Part shown: positions 46,040-55,648 of the stretch, piece after piece
How the letters are laid out: each line of letters opens with the position of its first letter
Position numbering within the stretch: the first letter of the stretch is position 1
Origin: Acidobacteriota bacterium
Lineage (GTDB): Bacteria; Acidobacteriota; UBA6911; RPQK01; JAJDTT01
Assembly (NCBI GenBank): GCA_965209055.1
Contig: OZ242374.1
Location: 338,713 to 402,712, forward strand
Direction: 5' to 3'
Length of the DNA stretch: 64,000 bases
Notes under the pieces: model-generated
The model's database searches: none
Told to the model about the DNA's origin: nothing
What the model saw: the letters and a program-made list of their open reading frames with translations, nothing else
Translations under genes and position numbers: made by a program

Positions 46040-47422
46040 TCACCTGGCGGGCGTGTAGAGCTGGGCCGCCCCTCTCTTGAGCTTGCGATAAAGGAATCGG
46101 TCGGTTCCCAGCTTGCGCTCCTCCCGATTGAGGCGTCGTACCTGTTGGAGTGCCGCGAGAGCTTTTTCCTTTTCCCCGGCTTTTCGATAGGCGATCGACA
46201 ACTGGTAATAGGCCGTAGTTGCCTGGGGGTCGAGCCGGATCGATGTCTCCAGTTCCCGAATGGCCGAGTCCAGGTCGTTTCTTTTCAAATAGAGCTTGCC
46301 CAGGCTGATGCGGGCAAGAACGAAGTCGGGCTTCAAGGCGGTCGCTTGCTGCAGATGTCTCAGACTTTCGGCTTCTGCCGGTGTGCCTGGACGAGACCCT
46401 TGAGTCATCCCGATGTCTCCCAGCAGGTAGTGGGCATAGAAATTTGCCGGGTCTTCCCGCAGTGCGTGCTCCAGAAGAACGGTCGCCTCGTCATGTTGCT
46501 GGGCTTCCACCAGCACGAAAGCCAGTCCCAGTCTGGCCACCGCCGAATTCGGCTGTAGCCGGATTGCCTTTTCGTAGTCGGATGCCGCTTCGCGGTAGCG
46601 GCCCTGGGAGAGCTTCAAGTAGCCACGTTGGATGTGCAAGGCGTGGGAATTCGGTAGATGGACCAGTCCCCGATCCAGGAAATCCAGGGCTACCGAGGGT
46701 GACATGGCCGCCTCCGTCGCCATCCGGGCGATCGCCACGTAATTGCGTTCGTCGCCGGGATAGTCCCGAGTCGCCTGCTGCAGGATCCGCCAGGCTTTTT
46801 GGAATTCTTCGAGTTCCAGATAGGCGAGCGCCAGCAGGTTGAATACATCACCGGTCTTGTATCGTTGCGGCATGTTCTCCAGGGTGTTGGCACAGTCGGT
46901 GTGTTTACCCAGAAGATATTGTATGAACGCCAAGTTATAGGCCGCCGCGGATCTGTCGGGATAGCCCGCCAGGGCAAGCTCGAAGTGGTGTTCGCCCGCG
47001 GCATACTCACCGAAACGCGACAGCAGGAGACCGGTCTCGAACTGGGCAACTGCGTTGTCCACCGCTACGCTCTCGAGGACACGTTTGGCTGCCCCGGCCT
47101 GCTTGGTTTCGAGCAACGCCTCGGCATAGTTGACCAGCCACAAAGGGTTTGCCCGCAGCACCGAGGGAGCTTTGGAGTAGCGCCGGGCTGCTTCCCGGAA
47201 ATCTCTCTGGGTGAAGGCGATTTGTCCCAGAAGAGCCTGGGCCTCTTCGTTCCCGGCCTTCCGGCCCAACGTTTCCAGCAGCAGCGTGCGTGCTTCCTGC
47301 ACCCGGCCCCGGTCAAGCAGTTCAAGTGCACGCTGTCTCCAGACCGGCTGGGCCAGGGCGAGAGAGAGCAGAATCAACCAACAGGAGGCGCCGGTTAATA
47401 GCGAGAAGGGAACTCGCCTCAT
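46040..47422 (-). CDS. TPR-repeat protein (paralogue of 52653..54089)
   Basis: The real start is probably the ATG at 47422 (MRRVPFSLLTGASCWLILLSLALAQ, signal-like). The ORF-track extension to 47869 runs into the TonB receptor gene. The C-terminus SLGKLYLKRNDLDSAIRELE...YYQLSIAYRK is shared with 52653..54089. Confidence 0.75.
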   Translation of the reverse strand: MRRVPFSLLTGASCWLILLSLALAQPVWRQRALELLDRGRVQEARTLLLETLGRKAGNEEAQALLGQIAFTQRDFREAARRYSKAPSVLRANPLWLVNYAEALLETKQAGAAKRVLESVAVDNAVAQFETGLLLSRFGEYAAGEHHFELALAGYPDRSAAAYNLAFIQYLLGKHTDCANTLENMPQRYKTGDVFNLLALAYLELEEFQKAWRILQQATRDYPGDERNYVAIARMATEAAMSPSVALDFLDRGLVHLPNSHALHIQRGYLKLSQGRYREAASDYEKAIRLQPNSAVARLGLAFVLVEAQQHDEATVLLEHALREDPANFYAHYLLGDIGMTQGSRPGTPAEAESLRHLQQATALKPDFVLARISLGKLYLKRNDLDSAIRELETSIRLDPQATTAYYQLSIAYRKAGEKEKALAALQQVRRLNREERKLGTDRFLYRKLKRGAAQLYTPAR

Positions 47423-47681
47423 TGACCCAGTATAGGGAACTCTTGACGATGTTGAATCGCCCGTGGTAGAAATGACCCCATTGCGCGGGCCCGTATCCCA
47501 GGGGGCTCGATTTCCATTTCTCCTGGCCGAAATCAACCAGGAACGAGTTTGGTAAGGACAGTTCCAAGCAGGCGATGGTCGGCCGCCGGAGACTCCAGGC
47601 GGGGATTTGGCTCCTACTACCACCGAGTGCGTTCCCAGGCGCTCCACTTCCATCCGTTTTCTTCTGAAACAAGGAGAAGTC

Positions 47682-50600
47682 ATGAAGTCCAAGACGGTTA
47701 TTGTTTTTCTGCTCTCTCTCCCGCTGATTTTTTCGGTTGCCTCGGCACAGCGTTTCGCTGAAGTCTCAGGGACGGTCACGGATGCCACGGGCGCCGTTCT
47801 GCCCGGCGTCACCGTCGACGTCACCAGCACCGAGTCCGGCGTTGGCAAGACGGCCATCACCACCGACACGGGGCTGTACCGCGTCTTCGAGCTGATTCCG
47901 GGGGGCTATCGAATCAGTGCCCAGTTGGACGGCTTCAAGACCACGGTCGTGGAAGCGACCCTGGAAACCATGAAGATCACCACCGTGGACATGGCCCTGG
48001 AAATTGGTGAAATCGCCGACCAGGTCACGGTGGAGGCGGCGGGTATGACCCTGGAAAGGGAATCAGTAAAGGTCAGCACTTTTTTCGAAGAGAAAATGAT
48101 CGAGGATCTGCCCCAAGTATTAAAACGGCCTCTCGACATGATCAAGTATGCAGCGGCTGTTTCCTATCGTGGAACCTGGAGTCTGATCCCCGGCCAGTCG
48201 ACTTACTACAGCATGAACGGAGTTCCCTACCAGGCTGGGGAAGTCTATGTCGACGGAGCCTACGGCATGAGCGGCCGCGCCTACGACAGCAACCCGGACA
48301 CCAGTCCCCGAACGGCCACGGTCAAGGAAATGCGGATCGTGCAAACCAGCTTCAAGGCCGAGTACAACGGAGGGGGTGGCGGCCTGGTAATCATGTCCAC
48401 CAAGTCGGGAACCAACAGTTTCCACGGTTCCGTGTGGGAGTTTCACCGTCAGAAAGCGTTGGACGCTCGTAATTTCTTCGCTGCCAAACGAGATCCTTTC
48501 CGGGAACATCTTTACGGGTTCGAAGTGGACGGACCGATCATCAAAGACAAACTTCACTTCATGGTCAGTGGTTCGGGAAAGCGCTCCTTTACTCCAACCG
48601 GCTCACGGTTTCGCACCTTCCCCACGGAGGCCCAGAGGCGGGGGGATTTTTCGGGCAAGTTCAACGCTGACGGAAGTCTGCGAACCATTTACGATCCGCT
48701 CACCACAGTTGAAAACCCGGACGGAACCATCAGCCGAACTGCTTTTCCGAACAACATCATCCCGGCCGACCGCATCAGCCGCCAGGCACAGGCGATTCTT
48801 TCCTATCTTCCGTTGCCGAACCGGGCCCCTGACGACCCTTCCGGAAGCAACAACTTCGTGGGGCTGACAGCCAACCCGTTGTCCTTGTGGGGATGGACCG
48901 CGCGTGTCGACTGGCAAGCAGACGACAACGACAAGATCTTTGTTCGCGTTATTTCCGATCCATCCGTCAGTGAATCGATTGGACCCTGGACGCCACCGTC
49001 CGGCTTCGACACGAGCCGGCTTCCCGACGACGCCATCTCCAAGCGCGCCGAACGGAATCCGGCCGACCCGGATGACTGGGTCATGAGATTCGACCAGCTC
49101 AACCAGGCGGCCGGTTGGACGCATACCTTCAGTCCCTCGGTGATCTCTGACTTTCGCCAGTCCTACAACGAGTTGTCGCAATGGGCAAGGCCTATTTCCC
49201 AGGGTCTGGGTTTCCCGCAAGAGATCGGAATCACGGTTCCTTCTGAAGTCCCGGCCACGACGACCTACGGCGGCAACAACCACTTTCCCCATATTGGCAT
49301 AGCCGGCTACACGGGGCCCGGCGCCGGCTGGGGCGGTGGATCGGCGATCAATCCACGACGCGGGCTGCACTTTGGCGAGACCCTTACCTGGCTGGAAGGC
49401 GCTCATTCTTTCAAGGTGGGCATCGAGACGAGACGCTCCGGTCACGCCTATTTCCAAGCCAGCAATTCCTCCGGACGGTACAACTTCTCTGCCAATGCCA
49501 CGGCCGCCAATCCTTTCGACGCCGCCAGCGGGGATTCCGTAGCCTCTCTGCTGCTGGATTGGGTGGACGCGGCCAGCATTTCCAATGTTGCCCAACGAAA
49601 TTTCAGCACTTGGTACTGGGGGATGTTCATCCAGGACGACTGGCGGGTCACTCCCAACGTGATCGTGAACCTGGGGCTGCGCTACGATTTCGACACGCCG
49701 TTAAAGGAGCGAGACAACCTCATAAGCTCTTTCGACCTCAATGCCATCAACCCCGTTTGCAACTGCCCGGGCGCCTTCTTTTACCCCGACAAGTACTATG
49801 AGACGCAAAAATCCAACTTTGCCCCACGGCTGGGAGTCGCCTGGAACCCAGGGGGCGGCAAGACAGTGGTGCGGGCCGGGGCCGGCATTTACTACATGCA
49901 ACCCATGATCGGCATGAACCCCTGGCAAACTCCCAGGACGGGGCGCGGCGATGTGACCGTCAGCAAGGACTTGGGAAGCCCCGACTTTGGAGTCACTCCG
50001 GCGATTTCCGGTCTTTCGGCCGGTGTGGGAGCGATACCGGTGTTCGAGCTGCAACCCGGATTTGGAGCGGTCGAGATTGGGCAGCCGGCCATTCTGGGCG
50101 CCGAATACCTGTGCTGTCCCGAATTGCGTCAGAACCCTTACAGCATCTCTATGAGTGCCACCCTCCAGCACGAACTCAACGACATCGTGCTCGAAGCCGG
50201 CTACATCGGCAACCTGACCCGGCACCTGGGTGAGTGGAGCTACAATTTGAACCAGCTTCGGCCGTCATTGATGGGGCCGAATGCCACACAGGCCGACCGT
50301 CCCTATCCGCAATACAGCGCCGTAAGACAGATCTCGGTACCCGACAAGACCATGACTTATCATGCCATGGTGCTCAAGGCGGAAAAGAGATTCGGAGGCG
50401 GCTTGGCGTTTCTCACCAACTTCACCTGGTCGAAACACCTGGGCAATCGTGAAGGCCGGCACAACGTCTACGATCGAGCTTCCGCCCGGGGGCCTGCCTG
50501 GCTTTCGAGACGGCTGCGTTTCGTGGTGGCGGGGACTTACGAGTTGCCCTTCGGAGTCAATCGTACGTTTCTCAATGATGGACTCGTATCCAAAATACTC

Positions 50601-51044
50601 GGGGGTTGGAACACCTCATTCGCCTTTATCGGCCAATCGGGGGTTCCACTGAACTTCTACGCATCCCCCAACCTGACGGGCTCATTCGGGGGAAATTCAC
50701 GCGCCAACCGGCTACGTAACGGCAAGGGTCCACAGACGATCGATGCCTGGTGGGACATCAATGCATTCGTTCACCCCGGGCCCTTCGTGTTTGGCAATGC
50801 CGGCGTCGGAATCGTGGAAGGTCCCGGATCGCAGACCGTTGATTTCTCCCTGATGAAAGACTTCGTCATCCTGGAGGGTAAGCGGCTTCGTTTCACGGCC
50901 GATTTCTTCAATTTTCTGAACCGGGCCAACTTCAACGATCCGAGCACCAGCATCTGTCCGGCCGATGCTCCCTGCACGACCAATCGCATCACAAGCGCTC
51001 AATTTGCACGCCAGACCCAGTTGGGACTGCAATTCTTTTTCTGA
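47682..51044 (+). CDS. TonB-dependent receptor with N-terminal carboxypeptidase-regulatory-like domain
   Basis: SD AAGGAGA, signal peptide MKSKTVIVFLLSLPLIFSVASAQ, and CarboxypepD_reg-like SGTVTDATGAVLPGVTVDVTS...TGLYRV. It is a >1100-aa barrel-sized protein ending ...LGLQFFF, with a terminal aromatic residue. Confidence 0.8.
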   Translation: MKSKTVIVFLLSLPLIFSVASAQRFAEVSGTVTDATGAVLPGVTVDVTSTESGVGKTAITTDTGLYRVFELIPGGYRISAQLDGFKTTVVEATLETMKITTVDMALEIGEIADQVTVEAAGMTLERESVKVSTFFEEKMIEDLPQVLKRPLDMIKYAAAVSYRGTWSLIPGQSTYYSMNGVPYQAGEVYVDGAYGMSGRAYDSNPDTSPRTATVKEMRIVQTSFKAEYNGGGGGLVIMSTKSGTNSFHGSVWEFHRQKALDARNFFAAKRDPFREHLYGFEVDGPIIKDKLHFMVSGSGKRSFTPTGSRFRTFPTEAQRRGDFSGKFNADGSLRTIYDPLTTVENPDGTISRTAFPNNIIPADRISRQAQAILSYLPLPNRAPDDPSGSNNFVGLTANPLSLWGWTARVDWQADDNDKIFVRVISDPSVSESIGPWTPPSGFDTSRLPDDAISKRAERNPADPDDWVMRFDQLNQAAGWTHTFSPSVISDFRQSYNELSQWARPISQGLGFPQEIGITVPSEVPATTTYGGNNHFPHIGIAGYTGPGAGWGGGSAINPRRGLHFGETLTWLEGAHSFKVGIETRRSGHAYFQASNSSGRYNFSANATAANPFDAASGDSVASLLLDWVDAASISNVAQRNFSTWYWGMFIQDDWRVTPNVIVNLGLRYDFDTPLKERDNLISSFDLNAINPVCNCPGAFFYPDKYYETQKSNFAPRLGVAWNPGGGKTVVRAGAGIYYMQPMIGMNPWQTPRTGRGDVTVSKDLGSPDFGVTPAISGLSAGVGAIPVFELQPGFGAVEIGQPAILGAEYLCCPELRQNPYSISMSATLQHELNDIVLEAGYIGNLTRHLGEWSYNLNQLRPSLMGPNATQADRPYPQYSAVRQISVPDKTMTYHAMVLKAEKRFGGGLAFLTNFTWSKHLGNREGRHNVYDRASARGPAWLSRRLRFVVAGTYELPFGVNRTFLNDGLVSKILGGWNTSFAFIGQSGVPLNFYASPNLTGSFGGNSRANRLRNGKGPQTIDAWWDINAFVHPGPFVFGNAGVGIVEGPGSQTVDFSLMKDFVILEGKRLRFTADFFNFLNRANFNDPSTSICPADAPCTTNRITSAQFARQTQLGLQFFF

Positions 51045-51058
51045 CGAACAACCATCTG

Positions 51059-51099
51059 CTCAGTCCCGCCGCTTGTTGAAACGAGCCGGCGGGACTGAG
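51059..51099 (+). terminator. Strong hairpin downstream of the TonB receptor
   Basis: A perfect 13-bp stem (CTCAGTCCCGCCG ... CGGCGGGACTGAG) with a 15-nt loop, 15 nt after the stop. No T-tract follows. Confidence 0.5.
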
Positions 51100-51250
51100 C
51101 TGGTCCCTCTCGAATTGACCGACCCAGGCCCGACTTGAATTGTTGTACCCGTTCGCGGCCGGATCCTCCGGCAGGCGCACTTTGGTGACTTCAAACCAGC
51201 GCCGTGGGAAACCAGGTCATCTTTCCCGTTTTGATAGAGTTGGGGACAAG

Positions 51251-52504
51251 GTGGGTTGTCCGCATGCAGGCTCATTGATCCGGATTCCGGTTCTTTTCCT
51301 CTTCGTTCAACCGGTTGCCGCCCCACTGCCGCTTCCGCCGGAACAACCGGCATCTTCCGTGCCGGCGCCTTCCGGCAACAATCGCTCTCCTTACGTGGGC
51401 GCCTCGACCTGTGGGAAATGCCATCAATCTATCCATGAAAGCTTTCGCCAAACCACCCACTACCTCACCTCCCAGCTTCCTCGGGCGAATTCCATACTCG
51501 GCAGTTTTGAGCCCGCTCAGGCTTTGCTTCGCACCGGCAATCCCGATCTCTGGTACGAGATGCGCGCTTCGGAAGACGGTTTCTTTCAGACCGCGTGGTC
51601 CCGGGAACAAGGTCGAATTGTCCCGCGGACCGAGCGCATGGACATCGTCGTCGGATCGGGGAAAATGGGCCAGACTTATCTCTACTGGCGAGGCAGCAAA
51701 CTCTTTCAGTTGCCGGTTTCCTATTTCACCGAGGCGCAACGTTGGATCAACAGCCCCGGCTATCCGGACGGGCAGGCGTACTTCGACCGCCCGGTTAATC
51801 CGCGTTGCCTGGAATGCCATGCCACCTTCTTTGAGGTCGTCAGCGAAGAAGACCCGATGCGGCCCTATCTGAGCAATGTCTACAGCCGGAACAATCACTT
51901 GCTGGGAGTCACCTGTGAAAGATGTCATGGCCCGGGAGGTTCTCATTCGAAAAACCCGTTGGAAAGGTCCAGCTCCGGCGCAACCGCCGATATCGTCCAT
52001 CCCGGAAAACTCGAGCGGGAACTCCAGATGACACTCTGCGCCCAGTGTCACTCGGGTCACCTGGTCCCGCGCGACGGTCCCTTTTCCTTCAGGCCTGGCC
52101 AGGGGCCTGAGGCGTTCATTGCCGTGGAGAGCCTTCGGGCCAGGAACAGCGGAGGCGTGCACACCACCAATCAACCCGATCGTCTTCGCCGCTCCCGGTG
52201 TTTTCAGGAGAGTGGGTCGCTGACCTGCAATAGTTGCCATGATCCGCACCACCTGGAGCGGGCAAACCTGCAACTGTTTTCCCGGCGTTGCATGACCTGC
52301 CACGAGCCGCAGGTCTGTGGGATGGCGGCAACCTTGGGGGATGCCATCGAAGGCAACTGTATCGACTGTCATATGCCGGTACAGCGGGACCTGGGAACGC
52401 CAATGGCGACGGCCAGCGGGTTTGAGGCTCCGCGGATGCGGGATCACAAGATCGCCGTCTATTCGGCTGTCGCTAAACGTCTTTTGAAGCAGTTCCAGCA
52501 ATAA
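51251..52504 (+). CDS. Heptahaem c-type cytochrome (paralogue of the N-terminal domain of 40877..43222)
   Basis: Seven CxxCH sites: CGKCH, CLECH, CERCH, CAQCH, CNSCH, CMTCH, CIDCH. Shared blocks with 40877..43222 include LPVSYFTEAQRW vs LPVTWYTQEQRW and CERCHGPG. The start is uncertain: GTG 51251 or TTG 51272 precede the hydrophobic IPVLFLFVQPVAA, and the ORF is open from 51140. Confidence 0.75.
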   Translation: MGCPHAGSLIRIPVLFLFVQPVAAPLPLPPEQPASSVPAPSGNNRSPYVGASTCGKCHQSIHESFRQTTHYLTSQLPRANSILGSFEPAQALLRTGNPDLWYEMRASEDGFFQTAWSREQGRIVPRTERMDIVVGSGKMGQTYLYWRGSKLFQLPVSYFTEAQRWINSPGYPDGQAYFDRPVNPRCLECHATFFEVVSEEDPMRPYLSNVYSRNNHLLGVTCERCHGPGGSHSKNPLERSSSGATADIVHPGKLERELQMTLCAQCHSGHLVPRDGPFSFRPGQGPEAFIAVESLRARNSGGVHTTNQPDRLRRSRCFQESGSLTCNSCHDPHHLERANLQLFSRRCMTCHEPQVCGMAATLGDAIEGNCIDCHMPVQRDLGTPMATASGFEAPRMRDHKIAVYSAVAKRLLKQFQQ

Positions 52505-52548
52505 GACAGTTCAAGGAGGAGACGATTTCCAATCGCCCATGTGGCAAG

Positions 52549-52603
52549 AATCGGCGGTTAGGAAACCGCCGCCCCGAATCGGCGGTTAGGAAACCGCCGC
52601 CCC
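52549..52603. repeat. Second tandem pair of the 27-nt REP-like hairpin unit
   Basis: aatcggcggttaggaaaccgccgcccc occurs at 52549-52575 and again at 52577-52603, with the same 28-nt period as at 10634-10688. The pair lies between convergent genes and is followed by a C/G-rich run. Confidence 0.8.
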
Positions 52604-52652
52604 CGCCCCCCGTCCGCCGGACCGGGCCGGTGGGGGAGCTACTGAAATAGTT

Positions 52653-54089
52653 CTAACCAGGGGGACCACCAAGTCCCAGGCGGGTTTTCTGAACTGCTCG
52701 CTTCGACAATTTCCTGGCGCCCAGTTCGCGCCTTTGTTGATTGAGGCGACGGACCTGGGCCAATGTCTGGCGTTCTTTTTCCTTGTTCCCCAACTTTCGA
52801 TAAGCAATCGAGAGTTGATAGAAGGCCGGAGTCGCTTCCGGGTCCAGTTGAACCGCTTTTTCCAACTCTCGAACGGCCGAGGCGGGGTCGCTTCTTTTCA
52901 AATACAGCTTGCCCAGGCTGGTGTGCGCAAGGGCCACGGGAGATGATCCTTCCCAAAAAAAGAAATCCGGTTGCAACGCAGTGGCCTGTTTCAGGTGCTC
53001 CACGGCTTTCGACTCAACCTGACTTCCGGGCGCAACCCCGCTCAAGACAGCCAGCTCTCCCAGAAGATAATGTCCATAAAAGCTGAGAGGGGTTCGTCGC
53101 AGCACCTCTTGCAAGACAGTGGAAGCCTCGTCAAGTTGCCGGGTTTCCATCAGCACCAGAGCCAGACCCACTCGCGGCATGTCAAGGTCCGGCCGTAGCT
53201 CGGCAGCCTTTCGGTACTCCGCTTCGGCCATCCCGTACTGAGCCAGGAAATATCGCAAATGAGCATGTTTAAAACGCAAACTGTAAGAATGCGGGAGTTG
53301 TTCCAGACCCCGCTCCACCAACTCAACAGCGGGAAGCAGCTTGTTTTCCTCGGCCAGGCGCTCGGCAGCGGCCAGGTAGTTGATTTCATCTCCAGGGTCG
53401 CGGCCGATCGCTTGCCGCAGCATGTCGACTGGCGCCTCTTGTTTCGCCAGCAACAATAGATCGAGCATTCGTTCCTGTTTCTGAGCCGAGGGAGGATCTG
53501 AGACATTTGAAATGGTCCAGCCGCGTCGCGATTCCTCGAGCGTCGCCGCGCACTCTTCGAACTTTCTGAGACGGTATTGCGACAAGGCCAGGTTGTAGGC
53601 CACGGACAGCGGGTCCGGATGCCCTGCCCGGGCCAGCTTGAAATGCCTTTCGGCAGCCGGGAATTCACCGAAGCGAGCCAGAATCAAACCCGCCTCGAAC
53701 TGCGCCATGAAGTGGTCTTCGGGCAATCGTTCCACGGCTTCAAGGGCAGCCTGGTTGTCCTTGGTTTGCAGGAGCGACTCAGTGTAGTTGAGAAGCAGAA
53801 TCGGGTTCTTGGAGAGCTTTGAAGCACTTTCCCGGAAGCGTTTTGCAGCCTCCCCGTACTCTTTCAAACTGAAGGCGATTTGCCCAAGAACCGCCTGCAA
53901 ATCTTCGTTGTCCGGATCCTTTCGAGCCAGCTCCAACAGTATTTTACGGGCCTCCGGCAACCGTCCTGTTTGGAGAAGCTCCGAAACGGTTTTCTGCCCT
54001 GACGATTGTGACCATCCGAAGCAGAAGAAAATAAAAAGAACAGGAATTCGTGTCAGGTGTGACAAGCGTGGCCGGGTAGGCAACACCAT
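52653..54089 (-). CDS. TPR-repeat protein (paralogue of 46040..47422)
   Basis: Signal/TM-like IPVLFIFFCFGWSQSSG, then TPR repeats. The C-terminal block SLGKLYLKRSDPASAVRELE...FYQLSIAYRK is shared with 46040..47422. Confidence 0.75.
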   Translation of the reverse strand: MVLPTRPRLSHLTRIPVLFIFFCFGWSQSSGQKTVSELLQTGRLPEARKILLELARKDPDNEDLQAVLGQIAFSLKEYGEAAKRFRESASKLSKNPILLLNYTESLLQTKDNQAALEAVERLPEDHFMAQFEAGLILARFGEFPAAERHFKLARAGHPDPLSVAYNLALSQYRLRKFEECAATLEESRRGWTISNVSDPPSAQKQERMLDLLLLAKQEAPVDMLRQAIGRDPGDEINYLAAAERLAEENKLLPAVELVERGLEQLPHSYSLRFKHAHLRYFLAQYGMAEAEYRKAAELRPDLDMPRVGLALVLMETRQLDEASTVLQEVLRRTPLSFYGHYLLGELAVLSGVAPGSQVESKAVEHLKQATALQPDFFFWEGSSPVALAHTSLGKLYLKRSDPASAVRELEKAVQLDPEATPAFYQLSIAYRKLGNKEKERQTLAQVRRLNQQRRELGARKLSKRAVQKTRLGLGGPPG

Positions 54090-54238
54090 CCACCAATGCT
54101 AGCAGAGGTGTGAAGAGGGCGGATAGACGAACCAAAGAATCCCGCCAGTCTTATTCCTGTTGCTCGGGGGCCACACCTTCCCTGGCCGGTTCCTGGCCTC
54201 TCTTGATCGAGTGTTCAACGCGGAATACAATTCGGACA

Positions 54239-55648
54239 ATGGGCCGTTGGGCCGCGCCTGCCGTGTTTTTTCTCCTGGTTTCCTCAGACCTTCAGGCCCA
54301 GGATCTGCCAGCCATTCCTCAACTCCTGCCCCGGCAATGGGAGATTCTCGACCCGAAATTGCAGCAGGCCTACGCCAAGGTGTTGGAGTTTCCAGACGAT
54401 GCGGAAGCCAACGGCCGCTTGGCAATGACCTTCCATGCCTTCGACCAATTTGAGCTGGCAGCCGTTTTTTATCAAAGAAGCGATTTGCTGCAATCGGGAA
54501 CTTTTCGTTGGCCGTACTACCTGGGCGTCGTGCGTGGAGCCCAGGGGAAGACCAGCGAGGCTATCAGCATGCTGCGCAGGGCGAGGGCGGTTGACCCGGA
54601 CTATCTCCCCGCCCGCGTCCGATTGGCCGAACTTCTGCTTGCGACCCACAATCAGGAGGAAGCAAAAAACATCTACGAGCAAGTGCTGAAGCAAGATCCC
54701 GACTGTTCGCAAGCGCACTACGGATTGGGCCGGATTCAGTCCTCCACGGGCCAATGGCAAGCCGCAATTCAAAGCTATCGCCGAGCCTTGTCATTGTCCC
54801 AGGGTTTCGGGGCGGCCCACTACGCTTTGGCAACAGCCTATCGACAACTGGGAATGCCGGATGGATTTCAAGAGAACATACGGCTCTTTCAACAGAATCG
54901 GGGGAGAAGTCCGCAGTTGGATGATCCTCTGCTCAAGACGGTGGCCGCCCTGCGGTCCCACGCAGAATATTACTTCAAGGAGGGTCTTCGGCTTCAAGAG
55001 GAAGGCCGGGTCGAACCGGCCATCGTTGAATATCAACGGGCCCTGAAGGAAGATCCGGAGTACGCCCGGGCTCACGCCAATCTGTGCCTGGCCCAACTGC
55101 TTTTGAAACGGTTGGACCAAGCCGAGCGCCACTGTCAATTGGCTCTTGAGCTTGATCCGGATATTCACGAGATTCGCCACAACCTGGGACTGCTCCGCCG
55201 GCTTCAGGGTAGAAACCGGGAGGCTGAGCAGGCCTTTCGAGAAGCATTGGAAATTGATCCTTTTTACGCCGAGTCCCACTATCTTCTGGCGGCGGTTTTG
55301 GCCCAGGAGGGGCGTCTAAAGGGTGCGGAGCACCATTTTCGGCAGGCGATCGAGAACCAGCCGGACTACCGCACGGCCCATTTTCAGTTGGGTCTCCTGC
55401 TTCAGAAGCAGGGGAGGGATGCGGAAGCCGTCCCCCATTTCCTGAAGACCCTGACCGAAGAGGATGAGAGAACTCCCGTTTACCTGTACCTGTTGGCCCA
55501 CAGCTATGGCCGCCTGGGCGACCTGGATAAAGCCGTTGAATCTGCCGAGCAGGCCCGGGAAAAGGCGCTAGCCGTGGGGAAGGGCGAATTGGCGGCTGAC
55601 CTGGCGAGGTTCCTGCAGCAGTTGCGGCAAGCGGGCAAACGGCCATGA
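54239..55648 (+). CDS. TPR-repeat protein, copy B (partner of CRTAC1 copy B)
   Basis: The start is ATG 54239 (MGRWAAPAVFFLLVSSDLQAQ). By eye it is about half identical in protein sequence to 37648..39057, and it ends ...FLQQLRQAGKRP. ATGA overlap with the downstream CRTAC1 gene. Confidence 0.8.
   Translation: MGRWAAPAVFFLLVSSDLQAQDLPAIPQLLPRQWEILDPKLQQAYAKVLEFPDDAEANGRLAMTFHAFDQFELAAVFYQRSDLLQSGTFRWPYYLGVVRGAQGKTSEAISMLRRARAVDPDYLPARVRLAELLLATHNQEEAKNIYEQVLKQDPDCSQAHYGLGRIQSSTGQWQAAIQSYRRALSLSQGFGAAHYALATAYRQLGMPDGFQENIRLFQQNRGRSPQLDDPLLKTVAALRSHAEYYFKEGLRLQEEGRVEPAIVEYQRALKEDPEYARAHANLCLAQLLLKRLDQAERHCQLALELDPDIHEIRHNLGLLRRLQGRNREAEQAFREALEIDPFYAESHYLLAAVLAQEGRLKGAEHHFRQAIENQPDYRTAHFQLGLLLQKQGRDAEAVPHFLKTLTEEDERTPVYLYLLAHSYGRLGDLDKAVESAEQAREKALAVGKGELAADLARFLQQLRQAGKRP

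Noticed and set aside
47423-47681. Riboswitch (e.g. cobalamin) in the 259-nt leader of the TonB-dependent receptor.
   Set aside because: There is only a partial CCGGAGAC match to the B12-box core. The other conserved cobalamin-riboswitch elements were not seen.
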